Of a DNA stretch of 49,450 bases, positions 42,539 through 49,450 are shown piece by piece. Source of the DNA: an uncultured Methanosarcinales archaeon (GTDB taxonomy: Archaea > Nanobdellota > Nanobdellia > Woesearchaeales > DSVV01); NCBI GenBank assembly GCA_964593285.1, contig CAZQHZ010000010.1:1-49450 (forward strand), read 5' to 3'. Positions within the stretch are counted from its first letter, which is position 1. Each line of letters starts with the position of its first letter. The notes beneath the pieces are model-generated. The model was not told the DNA's origin. It worked only from the letters and a program-made list of their open reading frames with translations, and ran no database searches. Position numbers and translations under genes: made by a program.

Positions 42539-42612
42539 GCCTCCGTAGCATAGTCAGCTATTGCGTGGGACTTGTAATCCCAAGGTCACGGGTGCAAATC
42601 CCGTCGGAGGCT
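42539..42612 (+). tRNA. tRNA-Thr(TGT)
   Basis: GCCTCCG/CGGAGGC acceptor; TGGGA-CTTGTAA-TCCCA anticodon arm; own TATA (TTTATAAA) about 30 nt upstream. Confidence 0.9.
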
Positions 42613-43032
42613 TTTAATTTAATAATTTATTTCTTTATTATTTTTTAATTAAAATTAGTTTAATTTAGTTAGCATTATATTAATAATAAAAAGAAAAATA
42701 TTATTTATTTGTTTATTTTAAATTTTCTACTCTATTATATTTTGTTTAAAAAATATAAACATATTAAATTAATAATAATTATTATTTTTATTATTATATT
42801 TCATTGTTTATATTATAAATTTTAATAGCAATAATTTTTTGTATTGATTGAAAAGTTATTTATAATGAATTAGTTATTAGAAATTGTGTTTGTTTTATTA
42901 TTAAAACAAGGAATATTATATATTAACATTTTTTAAAAAGCAAATTTATAAAAAAAATTAAAATTTTTTTTTGTTATAATACTAAAAGATTAAATAAAAA
43001 TACTAAGATATAAAATATATTAAAAATAAAAT

Positions 43033-44271
43033 TTAAAAATCATAATCTTTGCAAAATTCTTTTATTTCTTCTTTAATTTTTGCTTTCATTTCTTCATCAT
43101 CAGGATTTTTTAAAACTCTAACAATCCATTCACCAACCTTTTCCATCTCTTTTTCCTTAAATCCTCTTGAAGTTAATGTAGGTACTCCAAGTCTAATTCC
43201 AGAAGGTTTAAATGGAGTTGATGGGTCAAATGGCACAGTATTTGCATTAGTTACAATACCTGCATCTTCAAGTGCTAAGCAATATTTTTTTCCAAGACCA
43301 ATTTTTCCAATAAATTTTGTTTTAATTAAATCAATTAATATTAAATGAGTTTCTGTTCCATTACTAACTAAGTTAATATCATTTTTTATTAGATAATCTG
43401 CAAGTATTTTTGCATTGATTATTGTTTGTTTTGCATATTCTTTAAATTTATCACTCATAGCTTCCTTAAATGAAACAGCTTTTGCTGCAATTACATGTTC
43501 ATGCGGGCCACCTTGTAAACCAGGAAATACTGCTTTATCTATTGCTTTTGCATATTTTTCTTTACATAAAATAATTGCACTTCTTGGACCTCGCAAAGTT
43601 TTATGTGTAGTTGTTGTTACAACATCAATATAAGGGAATGGATTTTCATGAACTCCTCCTGCAATTAATCCTGCAATATGGCTAATATCTGCTAAAGTTA
43701 TAGCATCTATTTTTTTTGCGATTTCACTAAAAGCTTTAAAATCAACTTTCATTGGATATGCAGTAAATCCGCATACTATTAATTTTGGTTTATGTTTTAA
43801 TGCTAATTCTTCAACTTTTTTCATATCAATTAAACCACTATCTTCTTCAACACCATAGTGAATAAAATTATATAATTTTCCAGAAAAATTAACACTTGAG
43901 CCATGGGTTAAATGTCCACCATGACTTAAATCCATTGCAAGAATTGTATCATTTACTTCAAGTAATCCAAAATATACTGCCATATTTGCAGGGCTACCTG
44001 AATTTACTTGAACATTTGCATGTTCTGCATTAAATAATTTTTTTGCTCTATTAATTGCAATTTCTTCAATTTTATCAATATATTCATTTCCTTGATAATA
44101 TCTTTTTTTTGGATATCCTTCTGCATATTTATTATTTAAAACACTTCCAAGTGCCAAAAGACATTCATTGCTACAATAATTTTCACTTGGAATCATATTA
44201 AGCATATTTTTTTGTCTTATTTTTTCATTTTCAATTAATTCATAAATTTCATTATCATTTTCTTTTAACAT
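43033..44271 (-). CDS. glyA: Serine hydroxymethyltransferase (bacterial type)
   Basis: NKYAEGYP..RYY, GGHLTHG, DISHIAG, TTTTHKTLRGPR, PSGIRLG. Confidence 0.96.
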   Translation of the reverse strand: MLKENDNEIYELIENEKIRQKNMLNMIPSENYCSNECLLALGSVLNNKYAEGYPKKRYYQGNEYIDKIEEIAINRAKKLFNAEHANVQVNSGSPANMAVYFGLLEVNDTILAMDLSHGGHLTHGSSVNFSGKLYNFIHYGVEEDSGLIDMKKVEELALKHKPKLIVCGFTAYPMKVDFKAFSEIAKKIDAITLADISHIAGLIAGGVHENPFPYIDVVTTTTHKTLRGPRSAIILCKEKYAKAIDKAVFPGLQGGPHEHVIAAKAVSFKEAMSDKFKEYAKQTIINAKILADYLIKNDINLVSNGTETHLILIDLIKTKFIGKIGLGKKYCLALEDAGIVTNANTVPFDPSTPFKPSGIRLGVPTLTSRGFKEKEMEKVGEWIVRVLKNPDDEEMKAKIKEEIKEFCKDYDF

Positions 44272-45001
44272 TTTTATATTCCTCTTTAGACATTAATTTA
44301 TCATTATATTTAATCATTGCACCATCAATATTTTCCCAAATACCACAGCTCATACCACCTTCTGGACATATTTTATCACTAATACATAAAGCCCCCATAT
44401 TTTCAAATAATATTGGTGCTTTTTCTTTACATATTTTTAGCATTTGTAGGGCCATATTTCTAATTTCCCATTGTGCTCTTTTGCAAGTTCTGTGTTTAAA
44501 GAAATTTTTTAAGCTTCTTATATTCATAGTAATAATTATTTTTGTTTCAGCTGCATTTGGTAGAATAAATCTTGCATCTTCTTTTGGTGCAATTTCTTTA
44601 AATTCTTCATAATATTTTCCTATTTCTTGCATTGATTTTTTAAATTTTTCATAAATTTCTTTATTTTTTTTAATCGATGGTGGCACTATATAATTAAAAT
44701 CTTTACTATCAACATATCTTTGACTTTGCTGTGAGTATGATGCAATTCTATGTCTTACTAATTGGTGACTGCAAGCTCTAGAAATTCCTTCAATTCCAAA
44801 TGTAAAATTTGCGTGTTCAAGTGGTGATTCATGCCCTAATTGAATTAGTTTTTTTAATAGTTTTTCGCATTTTTCTTCATCCATTAATTCAACTAGATCA
44901 TTTATATCTGAATTAGAATAACAAAGCCTTGCTGCTGTTGCTATAATGTTAACTGGTACTTTAGTATAAGCTAATAATTTTACATTTAATTTTGTTTCCA
45001 T
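44255..45001 (-). CDS. thyX: Flavin-dependent thymidylate synthase
   Basis: GHESPLEH, SRACSHQLVRHRIASYSQQSQRY, EDARFILP, AQWEIR. Confidence 0.96.
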   Translation of the reverse strand: METKLNVKLLAYTKVPVNIIATAARLCYSNSDINDLVELMDEEKCEKLLKKLIQLGHESPLEHANFTFGIEGISRACSHQLVRHRIASYSQQSQRYVDSKDFNYIVPPSIKKNKEIYEKFKKSMQEIGKYYEEFKEIAPKEDARFILPNAAETKIIITMNIRSLKNFFKHRTCKRAQWEIRNMALQMLKICKEKAPILFENMGALCISDKICPEGGMSCGIWENIDGAMIKYNDKLMSKEEYKNVKRK

Positions 45002-45089
45002 TTAAATTTTAGTAAATATAAATTTATTAAATATTTTTTGGATTTATTTATAATAAATATTATATATACTTCTTTTTTTTCTATTTTTA

Positions 45090-45773
45090 ATGAATAAAAA
45101 ATTAAACAAAAAAGAAGTTAATAATCATATTGAAAAAATTGTTAATTCAAAAAATAAATTAGAAAAAAAAACTTTTATTTTACTTGGAGTATTTATTAGT
45201 GCATTAATTTTAGCAAATGTTTTAGGCACAAAAATTACTACAATTTTTGGAATTAGTGTTTCTGTTGGTATTTTTTTATATCCTTTAACTTTTATTTGTA
45301 CAGATGTTGTTGCAGAAGTTAGAGGTAAAAAGGTTTCAAGGTATTTTATTAAAGTTGGTTTAATTTCACTTTTAATTACATTTTTTTTTATTTTGCTTAG
45401 TATATATTTACCTCCTGCAGATAGGTTTATTTTTAATGAAGAGTATAAAAATATTTTTTCAAATTCACTTAGAATTGTAGTTGCTAGTATGTTTGCATTT
45501 TTAATTTCACAATACCATGATATATGGGCATTTCATTTTTTAAAAAAATTAACAGCTGGTAAATTTTTATGGCTAAGAAATAATATTTCAACTTTTTTTT
45601 CACAGTTAATAGATACAACAATTTTTATGTTTATTGCATTTTATATGGTAACACCAGAATTTAATACATTATTTATAATTCAATTAATTATTCCTTATTG
45701 GATTTTTAAATTAATTCTTGCAGCAATTGATACACCTTTTGTATATCTTGGCGTAAAATGGCTTAGAAAATAA
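45090..45773 (+). CDS. yhhQ: YhhQ/VUT-family queuosine-precursor transporter
   Basis: ANVL..K, YPLTF..TD, R...AS..AFL.SQ..D, WLRNN.ST..SQLIDT, DTPF.Y. Confidence 0.88.
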   Translation: MNKKLNKKEVNNHIEKIVNSKNKLEKKTFILLGVFISALILANVLGTKITTIFGISVSVGIFLYPLTFICTDVVAEVRGKKVSRYFIKVGLISLLITFFFILLSIYLPPADRFIFNEEYKNIFSNSLRIVVASMFAFLISQYHDIWAFHFLKKLTAGKFLWLRNNISTFFSQLIDTTIFMFIAFYMVTPEFNTLFIIQLIIPYWIFKLILAAIDTPFVYLGVKWLRK

Positions 45774-45782
45774 ATTGTTGTG

Positions 45783-45818
45783 TTACTACTACTATTATTA
45801 TTATTATTATTATTATTA
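45783..45818 (-). repeat. Trinucleotide microsatellite (TAA)8(TAG)3TAA at the folC stop
   Basis: Counted directly from the sequence. Confidence 0.85.
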
Positions 45819-47021
45819 TGTTGTTAGAATAATTTTATTTTTATTTAATTTTTTATAATTTGTAATTAACTCTCCAATTAAATAAATAGAACCACAGGCA
45901 ACTATTAAATTATCTTTTGAAATCTTTTTTGCAATTGAAATTGTTTTATTAATATCTTCTTCAATAATTATATTTTTATTTTTAAAATATTTTACAAGAT
46001 TTTTTGGCCTTTCACATCGTTCATATTTTGTTTTAGTAATAATTATATTTTTTGCTAATTTATTAAATTCAAAACACATAGATTTTATGTCTTTGTCTTT
46101 CATAATTCCAATAATAAAGGTTATATTTTTGTAGTTTAAATTTTTTAATTCTTGGATTAGTGTTTTTGCACCATTTTTATTATGTGCACAATCAAATAAT
46201 AATTTGTTTTCAATAAATTCAAATCTACCTGGCCATTTTGTATTTTTTAGCCCTTTTTTAATTGAATTTTCATTAATTTCATATTTTTTTTGAAGTGTTT
46301 TTATAGCATAATATGCAATTTCAGCATTATTTTTTTGAAATTCTCCAATTAACCCTAATTTATAATTTTTGTAATTAATTGATTTTGATTTAATTAAATT
46401 ACATTTTTTTTCAATACAAATTTTTTCAATTAGTTTTATTGCAATATTTTTTTCTTCAATTATAACATCAATATTTTTTTTAATAATTCCAGCTTTTTCA
46501 TATCCAATTTTTTCAATAGTATTTCCTAAATATTTTGTATGATCAATTGAAATATTTGTAATAACACTAATTAATGGTTTTATTATATTTGTTGCATCAA
46601 GTCTTCCGCCAAGTCCAACTTCAATTATTGCAAAATCAACTTGTTCTTCTGCAAAATAAATAAAAGCCATAACAGTTATTATTTCAAAAAAAGTTTCATC
46701 ATTAATATATGGTTTAATTTTTTTAAATATTTTTAATATGTTTTTTTTTGGAATTATTTTATTATTTATTTTAAAACGTTCTCTAAAATCAACTAAATGT
46801 GGTGATGTATAAACACCAACCCTATAGCCTTGTTCAATTAATATTTGAGAAATAAATGCGGAAGTTGAACCCTTACCATTAGTTCCTGCAACATGTATTG
46901 TTTTAATTTTATTTTGTGGATTATTTACTTTATTTGCTAACTTTTTAACTCTAGTTAGTCCAAGTTTAGTTGTAAAAAAGCCTTTATTGTATAACCATTT
47001 TATAGTTTCATTGTAATTCAT
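45816..47021 (-). CDS. folC: Folylpolyglutamate synthase / dihydrofolate synthase
   Basis: HVAGTNGKGS, YTSPHL, EVGLGGRLDATN, DH, EKAGI, WPGRFE, DCAHN, GSIYL. Confidence 0.94.
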   Translation of the reverse strand: MNYNETIKWLYNKGFFTTKLGLTRVKKLANKVNNPQNKIKTIHVAGTNGKGSTSAFISQILIEQGYRVGVYTSPHLVDFRERFKINNKIIPKKNILKIFKKIKPYINDETFFEIITVMAFIYFAEEQVDFAIIEVGLGGRLDATNIIKPLISVITNISIDHTKYLGNTIEKIGYEKAGIIKKNIDVIIEEKNIAIKLIEKICIEKKCNLIKSKSINYKNYKLGLIGEFQKNNAEIAYYAIKTLQKKYEINENSIKKGLKNTKWPGRFEFIENKLLFDCAHNKNGAKTLIQELKNLNYKNITFIIGIMKDKDIKSMCFEFNKLAKNIIITKTKYERCERPKNLVKYFKNKNIIIEEDINKTISIAKKISKDNLIVACGSIYLIGELITNYKKLNKNKIILTT

Positions 47022-47110
47022 TTTTCTTTATTTTTTTAATTTTTTCTGTATTTTTTAATTTAAATTTTTATTAAATAAATTTTTATATTTAAAATATTAT
47101 CTTTTTTATT

Positions 47111-47656
47111 ATGGAAAAAATTTTATTTATTTCTTTTGCATTAAAAAAAGGTAATACTGATTATCTTTTCAATGAAGTTTTTAATAATTCTGATTATAAA
47201 ATTCAAAAAATTAATTTAAAAGATTTTAAAATTAGAGATTGTAAGGCTTGTTTTGAGTGTAAAAATAATAATTTTAAAAATAATCAATTTTGTAAGATAA
47301 AAGATGATATGCAAAAATTATATAAATTATTATTAAAAAGTGATATTATTATAATTTTTACCCCTATTTATTTTTCAGCAATTCCAGGATTTTCAAAAAA
47401 GTTTATTGATAGAACAAATGCATTTTATTATAATGAGAAATTAAAAAATAAAAAATTAATTGTAATTGTAATTGGTGGTAGTAGCTTAAAATATTCAAAA
47501 AGCCATTTTAAAGATTTTTTTAGATTATTTTCAAATGCACAAAAAATTGTTTTTAAAAAAATATTCTTTCTTTCAAGCCAAGATATAAAAAAAATGATTA
47601 ATTTAAAAGATAAAAGCAAAATTTTAAAAATAAGTAATTATATTAAAAATATATAA
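47111..47656 (+). CDS. Flavodoxin-like iron-sulfur flavoprotein / FMN reductase
   Basis: GNT, CKACFEC...C.IKDDM, TPIYF, K.FIDR. Confidence 0.8.
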   Translation: MEKILFISFALKKGNTDYLFNEVFNNSDYKIQKINLKDFKIRDCKACFECKNNNFKNNQFCKIKDDMQKLYKLLLKSDIIIIFTPIYFSAIPGFSKKFIDRTNAFYYNEKLKNKKLIVIVIGGSSLKYSKSHFKDFFRLFSNAQKIVFKKIFFLSSQDIKKMINLKDKSKILKISNYIKNI

Positions 47657-47738
47657 TTTTATTTTTATAAATTTTTTATTAAAAATAGAAATATTTAAAT
47701 ATAATAAATTAAGTAATTTTACAAAGCGAGGGAGTTAC

Positions 47739-48371
47739 ATGTTTAAAGCATTTCAAAATATATTCAATAAATTTGTTCGAAAAATTTTTGCAAAAAAAAA
47801 AAATTATAAAATAGGTTTATATGGCCCTCCAAATGGTGGTAAAACCACTCTAGCAAATAAAATTTGTCAAGACTGGATTGGCGAATCTATGGGAAATATT
47901 TCTAATGTTGCACATGAAACTAGAGAAATACAAATAAAAGAAGAAATTGTTATAAAATCTAATGGTAAGGAATTAACTTTTAATTTGGTTGATACACCAG
48001 GAATTGCAACAAAAATTGATTATGAAGATTTTATTAAATCAGGAATTAAAGTTACTCAAGCAAAAAAACGTGCAAAAGAAGCAACAAAAGGAATAATTGA
48101 TGCAATTAAATGGCTTGATGACATGGATATAGTAATTGTTGTATTAGATTCAACAAAAGATCCTTATTCTCAAGTTAATATTACAATTATTGGAAATTTA
48201 CAAGCAAGAAATATCCCTGTTTTACTAGTTGCAAATAAAATAGATTTAAAAAAATCAGATATAAAAAAAATTGAAGCAGCATTTCCTCAATATAAAGTTG
48301 TTGGAATTTCAGCAAAATTTGGAAATAATTTAGATCATTTTTATGATGCTTTATTTGAGGTGGTAAGTTAA
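47739..48371 (+). CDS. Era-like archaeal GTPase (OapA-like)
   Basis: GPPNGGKTT, HETRE, DTPG, ANKID, ISA; upstream of DUF2073. Confidence 0.87.
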   Translation: MFKAFQNIFNKFVRKIFAKKKNYKIGLYGPPNGGKTTLANKICQDWIGESMGNISNVAHETREIQIKEEIVIKSNGKELTFNLVDTPGIATKIDYEDFIKSGIKVTQAKKRAKEATKGIIDAIKWLDDMDIVIVVLDSTKDPYSQVNITIIGNLQARNIPVLLVANKIDLKKSDIKKIEAAFPQYKVVGISAKFGNNLDHFYDALFEVVS

Positions 48372-48373
48372 AA

Positions 48374-48772
48374 ATGTTAACTTTACAATATATTCCATAT
48401 CATGAAATAGAAAACTTAGATTCTCAAAATAGAATTGAAAAATTATTGAAAATAGTAAAAGAAAACAAAATAATTTTACTAGAAGGAAGACTTAAAGGAA
48501 ATGAAGAAACTGAATTAATTAAAAGAACAATGGAACAAATAAGTGATGCTTTTAAAGGAATTGAGCTTGGAGTAATTTATCCAAGTAAGTCAAATTTACC
48601 TTTTTTTAATAAAATAAAAAGAATTTTTGTTGATATGCTTTTAGGTGATAGAAAAGGTTTAACGATTATTGGTCCTGCAACTATAGTTAAAGAAATAAAA
48701 CAAGATCCTGATAAAATCCAATTATTTACAGAATCTAACTTTGAAGTTAAAATTAAAAAAAAAGATAAATAA
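48374..48772 (+). CDS. DUF2073 / OapB-like protein
   Basis: IILLEGRL...EE..LI..TM..I...F.GIE, LTIIGPA. Confidence 0.82.
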   Translation: MLTLQYIPYHEIENLDSQNRIEKLLKIVKENKIILLEGRLKGNEETELIKRTMEQISDAFKGIELGVIYPSKSNLPFFNKIKRIFVDMLLGDRKGLTIIGPATIVKEIKQDPDKIQLFTESNFEVKIKKKDK

Positions 48773-48795
48773 TTGTTTTTTATAAATTTCTAAAT

Positions 48796-49023
48796 TATGC
48801 TAAACCGCATTAATGTCACACCTTGTATTATATCCTTTATTACATCTATAAAGCGTTTTTTGTCGTATTTTACGATTTTTATTAATTTTTGTTATTGTGT
48901 GTTTTTCTTTCAAATTTTTTATATACATTATAATTTATTTTTAAAATTTTATTTCATAATTATCTCTCAATACACACCCAATTAAGAGTTTTTGTAACTG
49001 TGACATAATTATGGTTTAGAACA
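48796..49023. mobile_element. 228-bp non-autonomous element (MITE-like) with 25-bp imperfect TIRs and a 14-bp TSD
   Basis: Direct repeat ATAAATTTCTAAAT at 48782-48795 and 49024-49037; left end TATGCTAAACCGCATTAATGTCACA vs right end reverse complement TGTTCTAAACCATAATTATGTCACA (19/25 identical). Confidence 0.72.
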
Positions 49024-49078
49024 ATAAATTTCTAAATAGAAATCTTTTTATATATCTTATTTACTCTAAGCAACTATT

Positions 49079-49270
49079 ATGAAATATACTAAATATGAAA
49101 AAGCTAGAATTATTGGGGCTAGATCTCTACAATTATCAATGGGTGCACCTATATTGATTGATTTAAAATCAAAAGATATAGAAGAAATGGGTTATAGTGT
49201 TTTAAAAATTGCAAATAAAGAATTTGATCAAGGATTAATTCCAATAACTGTTAATAGAGCAATTATTTAA
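49079..49270 (+). CDS. rpoK: RNA polymerase subunit K (Rpo6)
   Basis: [24 protein letters not shown]...G.IPITV.R. Confidence 0.95.
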   Translation: MKYTKYEKARIIGARSLQLSMGAPILIDLKSKDIEEMGYSVLKIANKEFDQGLIPITVNRAII

Positions 49271-49283
49271 TTTTCTTAATTTT

Positions 49284-49450
49284 TTAATATAGTAAATAAA
49301 TTATAATGCTTAATATAAATGATATTAAAAAACTTGGAACAAATGGTATTCCTTCTTTAATTACAACATAGGGTATCTTTTTTTGTTTATATAATTTTAT
49401 TAATGTATTAATTTGCTTTTTTTCAACACCTAAATCTTTTGGACCAGCAA
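49284..49450 (-). CDS. C-terminus of an A24-family prepilin peptidase (partial, runs off the window)
   Basis: Manual translation ..AGPKDLGVEKKQINTLIKLYKQKKIPYVVIKEGIPFVPSFLISFILSIIIYLLY*; KEGIPFVP plus terminal TM resembles archaeal A24 peptidase C-termini. Confidence 0.65.
   Translation of the reverse strand, partial: AGPKDLGVEKKQINTLIKLYKQKKIPYVVIKEGIPFVPSFLISFILSIIIYLLY

Noticed and set aside
42613..43032. 420-bp extremely AT-rich gap after tRNA-Thr (5S rRNA, att site or DUE?)
   Set aside because: No GC-rich 5S-like stems, no tRNA 3' duplication, no repeats or credible ORF seen.
43049..43633. Antisense ORFs inside glyA
   Set aside because: Shadow ORFs.
48797..48985. 62-aa + strand ORF, and a 42-codon minus-strand ORF, inside the MITE-like element
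   Set aside because: The + ORF starts within the TIR, is low-complexity, and neither resembles a transposase or OapC.
48996..49024. Possible dif/Xer site (GTGACATAA-N6)
   Set aside because: The right arm lacks the TTAT inverted partner of ATAA; better explained as a TIR.

Overview
Very AT-rich archaeal chromosome segment, standard genetic code. The 16S sequence and gene content (aIF5A, L40e, uL16/L10e, RpoK/RpoL, GINS, Dph2, oapAB, class III signal-peptide proteins, many bacterial-type metabolic enzymes) point to a DPANN/Nanobdellota archaeon, most likely Woesearchaeales (inference, no database search run). It is mostly housekeeping DNA, with a linked 16S-tRNA-Ala-23S operon and two further tRNAs. 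Main points of interest: (1) a secreted or membrane-anchored SPOR + lytic transglycosylase protein, an apparent peptidoglycan-attacking enzyme in an archaeon; (2) an unannotated 228-bp MITE-like element with 25-bp TIRs and an exact 14-bp target-site duplication between oapB and rpoK; (3) a prenyltransferase-CYTH-IPK-membrane protein isoprenoid module; (4) several reduced or stand-alone domains (CARF-like, HPF-like, half Hel308, AAA-only MCM, two-domain Dph2); (5) an APC permease-methyltransferase fusion; (6) pre-rRNA stems with no visible BHB motif. No CRISPR array, transposase or integrase was seen.
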